DNA of 64,000 nt from Trueperaceae bacterium (GTDB lineage Bacteria > Deinococcota > Deinococci > Deinococcales > Trueperaceae), in the NCBI GenBank assembly GCA_965214405.1, contig OZ243956.1, forward strand, positions 4,320,001 to 4,384,000, read 5' to 3'. This document shows positions 12,219 through 21,209 of this stretch, piece after piece. Within the stretch, counting starts at the first letter, position 1. Each line of letters starts with the position of its first letter. The position numbers were made by a program, and so were the translations under genes. Below the pieces are notes generated by a model. It had not been told where the DNA came from. It made no database searches and saw only the letters and a list, made by a program, of their open reading frames with translations.

Positions 12219-12262
12219 CTTCATTTAAGGCCCCTTCATTTAAGACCCTTCATTCAAGGCCT
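12219..12262. repeat. 15-bp tandem repeat x3 in the permease-SBP spacer
   Basis: cttcatttaaggccc cttcatttaagaccc ttcattcaaggcct. Confidence 0.7.
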
Positions 12263-12327
12263 ATGTGACAACCCTATGACAGTGGTACGTTGTAATGGGG
12301 CAGTGACCTAATTCACAAGGAGGATAC

Positions 12328-13683
12328 ATGAAAAAGAGATTTCGGCTTTTTAGCGGGCTGCTCACCGCAGCTCTCGCCCTCACGCTGGGCGTTGCGGCGT
12401 TCGCACAGGATTCACAGACGGATTGGGAGAGTGTAGACCCGAGCGGTCAGACGATCAACTTCTGGCACCAGCACTCCGGCGACCGCGAAACGGCGCTCAA
12501 CGAAATCGTGTCCCAGTTCAACGAGACGAACGAGTACGGCATCACCGTCAACGCCGAATACCAGGGCGGCTACGGCGACATCTTCCAGAAAATGCTGCCG
12601 CTGCTCAACACATCGGACGTGCCCGATTTGGTCGTCGCGTATCAGAACCAGGCTGCGACCTATCAGCTTGGCGACGCGCTGCTGGACCTGAACCCGCTCC
12701 TCAACAGCCCCGAGTGGGGCCTCAGCGACGAGGAGCAGGCGGACTTTTTTCCCGGCTTTTTCAACGCGGACGTGTTCCCGACCTTTGACGACCAGCGCTT
12801 AGGCTTTCCGCCCAACCGCTCGGTCGAGGTGATGTACTACAACACCGACTGGCTGAGCGAACTGGGCTACGACGGCCCGCCCACCACGCCCGATGAATTC
12901 AGAGAAATCGCCTGTAGCGCCGCCGAGACTCCCTTTAGCGGCGCGACCGCCGAGGGCAGCACCGGCTACGAACTCGACATCGACGCCTCGACCTTTGCGT
13001 CCTGGACCTTTGCGTTTGGCGGCAACATTTACGACGCCGAGACCGACCAGTTCACCTACAACAGCGAAGCTGCGGTGGAGGCGATGACGTTTCTTCAGAG
13101 TCTCATTCAAGACGGCTGTGCAACGATTGTCACCGAAGAGTTTGGCGACCAGACGGACTTCGGCGCGGGCGTGACGCTCTTCGCGGTCGGTTCCTCTTCA
13201 GGACTGCCCTTCTATGCGAGCGCGGTAGACGAGGGTGCAGACTTTTCCTGGAGCGTGGGCGCGCAACCTCACACCACGGCGGAGCCGGTCGTGAACATCT
13301 ACGGCGCGAGCGTCAGCGTGCCCAAATCGGGGGACCCGGCTAGCGAACTTGCCGCCTGGATTTTCATTAAGTATTACACCTCCGACCAGGCGCAGGCCGA
13401 GTGGGCGGAGGCGAGCAACTACTTCCCGGTGCGCCGGAGCGTGGCGGAGGAACTTACGGGCTACTTCGAGCAAGACCCCACCTACAAGGCCGCCTTTGAT
13501 TTGCTCCCCTACGGCATCGCCGAGCCGCCCGTGCCCGGCTACGACTTCGTACGCGACGTGGTCGAGGAGGAGATGACGGCCATCGTGGACGGCGCGGACG
13601 TGCAGGAAACGTTGGACGCGCTTAACGAAGAGGCCAACAGCATCCTGGCGGACCAGTTGGCGCAGATGCAGAGCAGCAACTAA
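12328..13683 (+). CDS. ABC substrate-binding protein (UgpB/sugar family)
   Basis: Signal peptide ending AFAQ, INFWHQH, FNETNEYGITV..EYQGGY, PTTPDEF; SD AAGGAGG. Confidence 0.92.
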   Translation: MKKRFRLFSGLLTAALALTLGVAAFAQDSQTDWESVDPSGQTINFWHQHSGDRETALNEIVSQFNETNEYGITVNAEYQGGYGDIFQKMLPLLNTSDVPDLVVAYQNQAATYQLGDALLDLNPLLNSPEWGLSDEEQADFFPGFFNADVFPTFDDQRLGFPPNRSVEVMYYNTDWLSELGYDGPPTTPDEFREIACSAAETPFSGATAEGSTGYELDIDASTFASWTFAFGGNIYDAETDQFTYNSEAAVEAMTFLQSLIQDGCATIVTEEFGDQTDFGAGVTLFAVGSSSGLPFYASAVDEGADFSWSVGAQPHTTAEPVVNIYGASVSVPKSGDPASELAAWIFIKYYTSDQAQAEWAEASNYFPVRRSVAEELTGYFEQDPTYKAAFDLLPYGIAEPPVPGYDFVRDVVEEEMTAIVDGADVQETLDALNEEANSILADQLAQMQSSN

Positions 13684-13701
13684 TAAGAAGCTTCACAGGT
13701 G

Positions 13702-13737
13702 AAAGAGCGGGCATGTTGCCCGCTCTTTTTTGTTTTT
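13702..13737 (+). terminator. Rho-independent terminator
   Basis: AAAGAGCGGGCA-tgt-TGCCCGCTCTTT then TTTGTTTTT. Confidence 0.9.
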
Positions 13738-13858
13738 GTGGCTCCGTCCTGTAGAACATCCGAACCGGGTTCGGGTCAACCATCACCGGCTCCGCAGGCG
13801 GCCACTACGAACCTGGCAATGACGGAGAACACGGCGCACGTGCTAAGCTGACCTCAGT

Positions 13859-13915
13859 ATGAAAAAAACGGACGGCTACGCCAAACTTCCCCCGCCCGCT
13901 TCCCTGACCCGCTAA
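13859..13915 (+). CDS. Candidate 18-aa leader peptide MKKTDGYAKLPPPASLTR
   Basis: ATG 9 nt after TGC-TAAGCT; stop codon lies within a hairpin followed by TTTT. Confidence 0.3.
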   Translation: MKKTDGYAKLPPPASLTR

Positions 13916-13935
13916 GGGCAGGCGAGCAGCTTTTA

Positions 13936-14046
13936 TAGCAGGTATCATCTGGTTTAAGCGAGATTCAGTCCATATATTACCGTACAGGACGTAACTACGG
14001 TGACAATACCTGCGCTGAACTCACTTAGTATGGATGAAAACCGCTA
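13936..14046 (+). mobile_element. MITE-like structured repeat, copy 1 (111 bp)
   Basis: Homologous to 40756-40869 and 31437-31543; imperfect terminal inverted repeats TAGCAGGTATCATC / TAGCGGTTTTCATC, with TA on both flanks. Confidence 0.7.
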
Positions 14047-14127
14047 TACCTCGAGACTCTCGAGGCGGCGTAGAGATTCGCCTTCCCTATCCCCGTTTGG
14101 ATTTGTTCTTTAACAAGGGAAGGTTTC

Positions 14128-15063
14128 ATGTCTACAAAATCAGCACAAATTTCCTCACGTACCGGCGTCTTACGCATCGCTTTGGCCGCGGCTCTCTGGG
14201 GCACGGTGGGTGTTGCGGTGGGTTTTCTCTACGCTACAACCTCGGTGACCGCGCTTTCAATCGGTTTTTACCGCTTAGCGTTCGCCGCGCCCCTGCTCGC
14301 GCTCGCGCACGTTTTCACAAAGGACAGGCGCACACGGGATACGGTTGCCAAAAAAGGTTTATTAAGAGACGGAACGGCGGTCGCGCTGATGGGCGTGATG
14401 CTCGCGGTGTATCAGATTTGCTACTTCGCCGCGATCTCGCGGGTCGGCGTCGCCGTCGCCACGCTCGTCACGCTCTGCACCGCCCCGATTATCGTCGCGG
14501 GGCTCTCGTTCATCTTTTTGGGCGAACGGCTCTCCCGCAGGCTCGTCGCCGCGCTCGTTCTGGCTACGCTCGGCACGGTTCTTTTGACCGGCGTACGCGT
14601 TGGCGGAGGGGGAGCGGCGCAGGGACAAACATGGGGCGTCCTCCTCGCGCTCGGGTCGGCGACGGGCTACGCGGTGGTGGTCCTCCTGAGCCGCACCCTG
14701 GCGGGGCGCGTTCGCGCGCTCACGTCGCTCACCGGGGCCTTTGCGGTGGGCGCGCTCGCGCTGCTGCCCTTTGCGCTCCTTTCCGGCTTGACGGTGCGGC
14801 TGGGGCCGTTAGGCTGGCTGACGCTTCTCTATTTGGGGCTTGTGCCCTCCGCCCTGGGTTACGTGCTCTTCATTACAGGGATGCGCACGACGCCCGCCAC
14901 CGCGGCGAGCATTGTGACGCTGCTCGAGCCCCTCACCGCCACCCTCTTAGCGTGGTTCTTGTTCGGGGAACGGCTTGGCGCGGCGGGTCTGGCGGGCGGC
15001 GCGCTTCTCCTTTTCGCCATCGTGCTCTTGTCGCTAAAGCCTCGTAAAGCTGAAGTTGGCTAG
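14128..15063 (+). CDS. EamA/DMT-family transporter
   Basis: AAALWGTVG, ~10 TM segments, YLGLVPSALGY, LLEPLTATLLAW.LFGERL. Confidence 0.9.
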   Translation: MSTKSAQISSRTGVLRIALAAALWGTVGVAVGFLYATTSVTALSIGFYRLAFAAPLLALAHVFTKDRRTRDTVAKKGLLRDGTAVALMGVMLAVYQICYFAAISRVGVAVATLVTLCTAPIIVAGLSFIFLGERLSRRLVAALVLATLGTVLLTGVRVGGGGAAQGQTWGVLLALGSATGYAVVVLLSRTLAGRVRALTSLTGAFAVGALALLPFALLSGLTVRLGPLGWLTLLYLGLVPSALGYVLFITGMRTTPATAASIVTLLEPLTATLLAWFLFGERLGAAGLAGGALLLFAIVLLSLKPRKAEVG

Positions 15064-15220
15064 AGGTGAGATAGTCGCTGTTTCTCTACCCTCCACAAAT
15101 GTTGTTCAGCACGTTGTGGATGACGGATACGGCTTGAAACTGTGAACCGTACCGCCTGGGGCAAAAGCTTGGGATAAAAGCAGGCCACACGGAGAGGCGA
15201 AAACCGGTAGACTGTCTCGC

Positions 15221-16567
15221 GTGTCTTTCAGGTCCAGAGGCCGCGCCCTCTCTCCCGCTCAATTCATCGCGGTGTCGTTTTTGGGCGCGATTGCCGTCGG
15301 CACCCTTCTTCTTAGTTTGCCCGCCTCACACGCGGCGGGCGGGAGTGTGGGCTTTCTCGACGCGCTCTTTACCGCCACGAGCGCGGTTTGCGTGACGGGG
15401 CTTGTCGTGGTGGACACGGGGAGCGCCTACAGCCGTTTTGGACAAATCGTTATCATGCTGCTCTTTCAGCTCGGCGGGTTGGGCGTGCTGACGCTGGGGA
15501 CGTTTTTGGCCTACGCGACGGGGCGGCGGGTGGGCTTTAGCGGGCGGGTGCGGTTGCAGGCGCAGGTGAACGTGCTCGAGCCCGGCGGCGTGCTCCGCTT
15601 GGTCCGCGCTATTCTTATCCTTGTGCTCACCACGGAAGTTGTGGGAGCCGCGCTCCTTTACATCCGTTTCGCGCGCGTCGAGGGACCCGCCGACGGGATC
15701 TTGTACAGCCTTTTTCACGCCATCAGCGCCTTTAACAACGCGGGCTTCGCGCTCTACCCGGACAGTCTGGTGCGCTTTGTGAGCGACCCGCTCGTTAACT
15801 TTGTGGTCATCGCGCTCATCCTTTTGGGCGGTCTCGGCTTTGTGGTGATTCTCAACCTTTTGGCGCGTTTTCGGCAACGGGAGCGCACGCCGCTGAGCCT
15901 TCACACCAAGATGGTTTTGAGCATCACGGGCTTTCTGATCGCGGTGGGGACGGTGGTGTTTGTGGTGCTCGAGTGGAGCAACCCCGCGACGCTCGGCGCT
16001 CTGGGTTTGCCGGGCAAGCTGCTCGCCGGACTCTTCCAGTCGGTCACGCCGCGCACGGCGGGCTTTAACACGCTCGACTACGCGCAGATGGAGCCCCCCA
16101 GCATCCTCTTCACCACGCTGCTCATGTTTATCGGCGGCAACCCCGGCTCGACGGCGGGGGGCATCAAGACGGTCACCTTTTTTGTACTGGCGGCGAACGC
16201 CTGGAGCGTGGTGCGGGGCCGGGCGGAACTCGACTTGTTCGGGCGGCGCATCGCCCAGAACACGGTGGTGCGCGCGGGCGTCATTGCCTTTGGCGGCGTG
16301 ATGGTTTTGGGAGCCTCGCTAACGCTTCTTACGCTCACCGAGCCCGAGGGGGCCTTTTTGCCGCTCTTCTTCGAGGCGGTCTCGGCCTTTGGCACCGTCG
16401 GGCTCTCGCTGGGCGTCACGGGCTCTTTAAGCGCCGCCGGGAAATGTGTCATCATCGTGCTTATGTATTTGGGTCGCATCGGACTGGTGACGTTCGCGCT
16501 GGCGCTCGTGGCGCAACCCCCCGCGGGCGCGGTGCGCTACCCTGCCGAAGAGGTGGTGATCGGCTGA
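15221..16567 (+). CDS. ktrB: KtrB/TrkH K+ uptake membrane subunit
   Basis: Selectivity-filter repeats SAVCVTGL, SAFNNAGF, TPRTAGF, SAFGTVGLS; PGSTAGGIK. Confidence 0.93.
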   Translation: MSFRSRGRALSPAQFIAVSFLGAIAVGTLLLSLPASHAAGGSVGFLDALFTATSAVCVTGLVVVDTGSAYSRFGQIVIMLLFQLGGLGVLTLGTFLAYATGRRVGFSGRVRLQAQVNVLEPGGVLRLVRAILILVLTTEVVGAALLYIRFARVEGPADGILYSLFHAISAFNNAGFALYPDSLVRFVSDPLVNFVVIALILLGGLGFVVILNLLARFRQRERTPLSLHTKMVLSITGFLIAVGTVVFVVLEWSNPATLGALGLPGKLLAGLFQSVTPRTAGFNTLDYAQMEPPSILFTTLLMFIGGNPGSTAGGIKTVTFFVLAANAWSVVRGRAELDLFGRRIAQNTVVRAGVIAFGGVMVLGASLTLLTLTEPEGAFLPLFFEAVSAFGTVGLSLGVTGSLSAAGKCVIIVLMYLGRIGLVTFALALVAQPPAGAVRYPAEEVVIG

Positions 16568-17220
16568 TGGCGGGGCAGTTTCTGGTGGTGGGGGTGGGGC
16601 GTTTCGGCTCGTCCGTGGCGCAGACGCTTTACGATCTGGGTCACGAGGTGGTGGCGGTCGATAGCGACGAGGGCGCGCTCGAGGAGGTGATGGGCCGCGT
16701 GTCGCACGCCGCGATTCTCGACGCGACGGACGAGCGGACCTTGAGAAAGTTGGGGCTCGAGCATTTCGACACGGTCATCATCGCCATTGGCGAGGACCTA
16801 GAGGCCAGTATCTTAGCCACCGTCGCCGCCAAGGGCGCGGGCGCGCGCCACGTCATCAGCAAGGCGAGTGGCGGACTCACCGCGCGCGTGCTCGCCAGCG
16901 TCGGGGCCGACGAGGTGGTGCGCCCGGAGCACGACATGGGCGTGCGGCTCGCCCGGCAGCTCGCCGCGCCTAACATTATCGACACGTTGGAACTCGGCGC
17001 GGACCACAGCGTCGTCGAGGTCGAGGCGAAAAGGTTGCGCGGGCGGCTCGTCGACCTCAAGCTGCCCAACCGCTTCGGCGTCCAGGTTATCGGCGTCCGC
17101 CGCGGGGGCACGCTCACGGTAAGTCCGGGCGCGGACTTTGAGGTCAAACCGGGCGACAGAGTGATCGTGGTGGGGAGCAACCGGGATTTGGAGAGGTTAC
17201 GGGAGCGGCTGGGGGATTGA
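16567..17220 (+). CDS. ktrA: KtrA/TrkA RCK regulatory subunit
   Basis: VVGVGRFG, VGADEVVRPEHDMG, C-terminal RCK_C domain; ATG overlaps the ktrB stop (TGATG). Confidence 0.93.
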   Translation: MAGQFLVVGVGRFGSSVAQTLYDLGHEVVAVDSDEGALEEVMGRVSHAAILDATDERTLRKLGLEHFDTVIIAIGEDLEASILATVAAKGAGARHVISKASGGLTARVLASVGADEVVRPEHDMGVRLARQLAAPNIIDTLELGADHSVVEVEAKRLRGRLVDLKLPNRFGVQVIGVRRGGTLTVSPGADFEVKPGDRVIVVGSNRDLERLRERLGD

Positions 17221-17320
17221 GGGGTGAGTAATAAGGGGTGAGTGATGAGGGGCTAGAAGAGGTGAAGTGGGGAGATGGGGGATGAAGAAATGGGGAGACA
17301 GGTGGGGAGTGGTGGAGAAA
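17220..17320. repeat. Purine-rich degenerate 7-8-mer tandem repeats (STRR-like)
   Basis: aggggtg agtaata aggggtg agtgatg aggggct, then tggggaga-type units. Confidence 0.55.
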
Positions 17321-17408
17321 AATTTATCTGTCCTAGCTGTTTTTGTGTGTTCTGTCTTCATGCGCTGTGAAGTGCGCGGTACGTCTGGGTAGGTGACGGA
17401 ATAACATT

Positions 17409-18260
17409 ATGAGAAAACCTTTGATGCGGCCCGCGTATGACGCGGTTTTGTGTTTGGTACTGCTCTTTGGGGGGCTGGTGCTTGACTTAACCACCACACA
17501 GGGGCTGGTGGTGGCGATCATTTACAACATTCCGATTGCGCTCTCGGGGCTCGCGCTGTCGCGTCCGCTAACGCTCTGGATGCTCGTGCTGGCGCTCTCC
17601 GCCAACGTCGCGGCGGGGTATGAAAACGCGCTTCTGACGCAAGGTTACGACGCCGTCACCCTGCTCAACCGCGCGCTGGCGGCGCTCTCATTCGTGCTCG
17701 TCGGGATCATGACGCTGGCGCTGGACAGGGCCTCGGACGAGGTCACGGCTCTGGCGGACAAAGAGGCCGAGGCGGAGCGGGAACGGGGGTTGCGCGAACT
17801 CCTCATCCGTCTGAGCGGCCCGCACACCCCCGACACGCTGCTGACGCACGCCGCCGCGCTCCTTCGCACGCTGTTAGAGGCGGACGCGGTGGTCGTGTCG
17901 GCGCTTGACGGTGACCACTTTACAACCCCGCGCTACGCCGAGCCCGAGGGCGCGGGCGTCGCCAAACCGGGCTCGCTCGCGTCGTGGGCGGTGGACGCGA
18001 TTCCCACCACCGACACGCCCGTCATCACGGTGCGCTCCGAGCGGGGGGCGACCACGGTGGGGCGCTGGCGCCGCTCGGGCGCGGCCCAGGAGGGCGACTT
18101 TATCGTCGTCGCCACCCGTCCCCGCGCGCGGGAGGCGTCGCTGCTGCTGGGCGAGGCGCTTAAAGGCTTGGAGCCCCTGCTGGGGCGCGCCGAAGCGTAC
18201 GCGTTTGCCACAGACGGGAGGCTCGAGGACGAACCAAGCCACATGGAAAGCCTTCAATGA
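17409..18260 (+). CDS. Membrane protein: DUF4118/KdpD-like 4-TM module, coiled coil and GAF-like domain, no kinase
   Basis: LVLDLTTTQGLVVAIIYNIPIAL...LLNRALA; no HisKA or HATPase motifs. Confidence 0.6.
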   Translation: MRKPLMRPAYDAVLCLVLLFGGLVLDLTTTQGLVVAIIYNIPIALSGLALSRPLTLWMLVLALSANVAAGYENALLTQGYDAVTLLNRALAALSFVLVGIMTLALDRASDEVTALADKEAEAERERGLRELLIRLSGPHTPDTLLTHAAALLRTLLEADAVVVSALDGDHFTTPRYAEPEGAGVAKPGSLASWAVDAIPTTDTPVITVRSERGATTVGRWRRSGAAQEGDFIVVATRPRAREASLLLGEALKGLEPLLGRAEAYAFATDGRLEDEPSHMESLQ

Positions 18261-18458
18261 AGATCTCACCTTGCGTACAAGGAGCTGAGGAGCCGTTCAA
18301 AACGGGTAAACCTACGCCACCACCCTCAAACACGCCTCTCGGCTCAACGAGCAGGCAGACGGCTCCTATTCCAGCGTGGCAGAAGCCGAAAGCGTCCTTG
18401 TAGCGTTGACACCCCTTGAACAGCTTGGAGCCTCTGGTTTTATAGTCCAGCCCTCAGC

Positions 18459-18851
18459 TCACCACACCCGCGTGACGGGAAAGAGGTCGAGCGCTGTATC
18501 CTTGCTGACGAGCGGGGTCCCCTCGAGGAGCGCTTGGGCGGCGAGAAGACGGTCGAAGGGGTCTTTATGCTCGAGCTTGAACTGCCCTGCCAGGCGCGTG
18601 TGCGAGCTGCGGATAAAGAGTTCTTGCGCGCCGAGTCTTTTGATGAACCCCGCGTAAAGCGTCTCGTCCATGAACGGAGCGACTTCAGGCCACTTGCCCA
18701 AGTGATGTTTGATGCTCATCTCCCAGATGCTCGCGGGGCTGACTAAGAGTTCGTTACTGATGGTGCTGAGAAGCTCGAGGGCTGTTTCGCCCAGACGCGT
18801 AGGGTCACCTACCGCCCAGGCGAATGTATGGGTGTCGAGCAGATAGCGCAT
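18459..18851 (-). CDS. vapC: PIN-domain toxin
   Basis: YLLDTH, SPASIWEMSIK, HKDPFDRLLAAQA. Confidence 0.93.
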   Translation of the reverse strand: MRYLLDTHTFAWAVGDPTRLGETALELLSTISNELLVSPASIWEMSIKHHLGKWPEVAPFMDETLYAGFIKRLGAQELFIRSSHTRLAGQFKLEHKDPFDRLLAAQALLEGTPLVSKDTALDLFPVTRVW

Positions 18852-19082
18852 TCACTCAGCGCCGTAGAACGCGCTGATGGTCTCGTCATCGGTAGGCTCG
18901 AGCAGGTCGCTCTGGAACGCAACGGGATAAAAGCCCAGCTCGCGCGCCTCAGGCTTGGCTAAACCAACGAGTTTGGCAACAGGTTTGCCGTAGCGCGAGA
19001 TGAGCACCTCTTCTCCGTCCGTCACGGCGTCGATGAGTTCGGAAAGACGGGCCTTTGCTTCATGAAGCTGGAGCATTTTCAC
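18852..19082 (-). CDS. Phd/YefM antitoxin
   Basis: LHEAKARLSELI..V..GEEVLISRYGKPVAKLV; GTG 6 nt after TAGACT. Confidence 0.92.
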   Translation of the reverse strand: MKMLQLHEAKARLSELIDAVTDGEEVLISRYGKPVAKLVGLAKPEARELGFYPVAFQSDLLEPTDDETISAFYGAE

Positions 19083-19305
19083 CCTTTTAGTCTAAACGAG
19101 TTGGTCAGAAATTACCAGCCCTCTTTTGTTTCACTTCTGCAGCGAACGCGCACAAGTGCAGCGTGACGAGGTGACGTGTAGGTAACCTGTAAAGGCTCCT
19201 TTCCTCAATTCCGGGTGCGCTGATTACACTATGACTCATTACGCTATGACACATTTCGTAGGACGTTCGGCAGTCCCTCCCTCACCAACATGCTAGCGTC
19301 AGAAT

Positions 19306-21093
19306 ATGAACGACGCCGCGCCCCTCCGCCGCCTCTGGCGCTACGCCAGCGGGCACCGACCCAAAATCATCCAGGCTACCCTTTTCTCGGTCCTCAACAA
19401 AGTCTTCGACCTCGCGCCGCCGCTGCTCATCGGGGTGGCGCTCGACGTGGTGGTGCAGGAGCAGAATTCGCTTCTTGCTGGATTGGGTTTCGAGGACGTG
19501 ATGACGCAGCTCTGGGTCCTCGCGGGGGTGACGGTCTTGGTGTGGGGATTAGAGTCCTTGTCCGAATATATTTTCCAACTCCTCTGGCGCAACTTGGCCC
19601 AAAGCCTGCAACACGACCTGCGCGTCGAGACCTATGACCATGTACAGGGCTTGGAACTCGCCTATTTTGAGGACCGCTCGACGGGCGGGCTTATGTCGGT
19701 CTTGAACGACGATATCAATCAGCTCGAGCGTTTTTTGAACGTGGGGGCCAACGACATCATCCAGGTCATCGTCACGGTCATCGTCGTGGGCATCCTCTTT
19801 TTTGTCGCCGCGCCCGCGGTGGCCTGGCTCGCCTTTTTGCCCGTGCCCCTAATTATCTGGGGCTCGTTTAGGTTTCAAAGGAGGATCGCGCCGCACTACG
19901 CGGAGGTGCGCGAACGCGTGGGCAGCCTCAACGGCCAACTCGCCAACAACCTGTCGGGCATCGCCACCATCAAGAGCTTTACCGCGGAAGGGCTCGAGAC
20001 GCGCCGCGTGTCCGGAGAAAGCGACGCTTACCGCGAGAGCAACCGCCGCGCCATCCGGCTCTCGTCAACTTTTGTGCCGCTCATCCGCATGGCGATTGTG
20101 GCGGGTTTCGTCGCCACGCTTGTGTACGGCGGCTATTTGACCGTCAGCGGCTCACTCGCCGTCGGCGTTTACGGCACGCTCGTGTTTATGACGCAGCGCC
20201 TCCTGTGGCCCCTGACCCGTTTGGGCGAGACGTTCGACCTCTACCAGCGCGCGATGGCCTCGACGGCGCGCGTGCTCAACCTTTTGGACACCGAAGCCGA
20301 AATGGCGGACGGCGCGACCCCGCTGCCGCTAAGGGAGGTGCGCGGCGAGGTTCGTTTGGAGGAGGTGACGTTCGGCTACAAGGACGGGCCGACGGTGCTG
20401 AACGGCCTCACGCTGTCCGTCCCCGCGGGCGCGACGACCGCGGTGGTGGGCGCGACGGGCGCGGGCAAATCGACGCTCGTCAAGCTCCTCTTGCGCTTTT
20501 ACGACCCAAATAAAGGCCGCGTGACCTTGGACGGGCGTGATGTGCGGGAGGTGAGGCTCGAGGACCTGCGCCGCGCTATCGGCTTAGTGAGCCAAGACGT
20601 ATTTTTATTTCACGGCACCGTGCGCGAAAATATCGCCTACGGCAGGCCCGACGCAACCTTGGACGAGGTCGTCCACGCCGCCAAAGTCGCCGAGGCGCAC
20701 GACTTTATCAGCGCGCTCTCCCGCGGCTACGACACCATCGTCGGCGAGCGCGGGCAAAAGCTCTCGGGCGGGCAGCGTCAGCGGGTCTCGATTGCGCGCG
20801 CGGTCCTTAAGGATCCGCCCATCCTGATTCTGGACGAGGCCACCTCGGCGGTGGACAACGAGACGGAAGCCGCCATCCAGCGCTCACTAGAGCGCGTGTC
20901 ACGAGACCGGACGGTCGTCTTGATTGCCCACCGGCTCTCGACGGTGCGCAACGCGGACAGGATTTATGTGCTTGAGGGCGGCACCCTGGCCGAGGCGGGG
21001 CGGCACGAGGAGCTTTTGGATACGGGCGGCATTTATGCGGGGCTCTGGAGCGTACAGACCGGCAGCTCAGCGCGCGCCCTGCCCGGTGATTAG
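19306..21093 (+). CDS. ABC exporter, fused permease/ATPase (MsbA-like)
   Basis: 6-TM domain plus [33 protein letters not shown]. Confidence 0.95.
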   Translation: MNDAAPLRRLWRYASGHRPKIIQATLFSVLNKVFDLAPPLLIGVALDVVVQEQNSLLAGLGFEDVMTQLWVLAGVTVLVWGLESLSEYIFQLLWRNLAQSLQHDLRVETYDHVQGLELAYFEDRSTGGLMSVLNDDINQLERFLNVGANDIIQVIVTVIVVGILFFVAAPAVAWLAFLPVPLIIWGSFRFQRRIAPHYAEVRERVGSLNGQLANNLSGIATIKSFTAEGLETRRVSGESDAYRESNRRAIRLSSTFVPLIRMAIVAGFVATLVYGGYLTVSGSLAVGVYGTLVFMTQRLLWPLTRLGETFDLYQRAMASTARVLNLLDTEAEMADGATPLPLREVRGEVRLEEVTFGYKDGPTVLNGLTLSVPAGATTAVVGATGAGKSTLVKLLLRFYDPNKGRVTLDGRDVREVRLEDLRRAIGLVSQDVFLFHGTVRENIAYGRPDATLDEVVHAAKVAEAHDFISALSRGYDTIVGERGQKLSGGQRQRVSIARAVLKDPPILILDEATSAVDNETEAAIQRSLERVSRDRTVVLIAHRLSTVRNADRIYVLEGGTLAEAGRHEELLDTGGIYAGLWSVQTGSSARALPGD

Positions 21094-21209
21094 CGGTCAT
21101 TAGCCGGTCATTTGCAGCGCGGCGGAGGACGGGGCGAAAGTTGGTGACGCCAGCCCTCACAGGCTGAGCCCTACGTTGAACTCGCTCAGTAAGGATGAAA
21201 ACCGCCAGA

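Noticed and set aside
14034..15047. 337-aa alternative-frame ORF over the EamA gene
   Set aside because: Arg/Ala/Gly-rich shadow ORF typical of high-GC DNA, overlapping a clear gene; the same applies to 26805-27611, 56326-57144, 57721-58848 and most other overlapping ORFs in the track.
15064..15220. c-di-AMP (ydaO) riboswitch upstream of ktrB
   Set aside because: None of the conserved ydaO segments are visible, and ktrB looks leaderless (TAGACT 7 nt before GTG).
18261..18458. 93-aa ORF 18376-18657 or a gene remnant after the membrane protein
   Set aside because: Mostly antisense to vapC, with no recognisable homology in the non-overlapping part.
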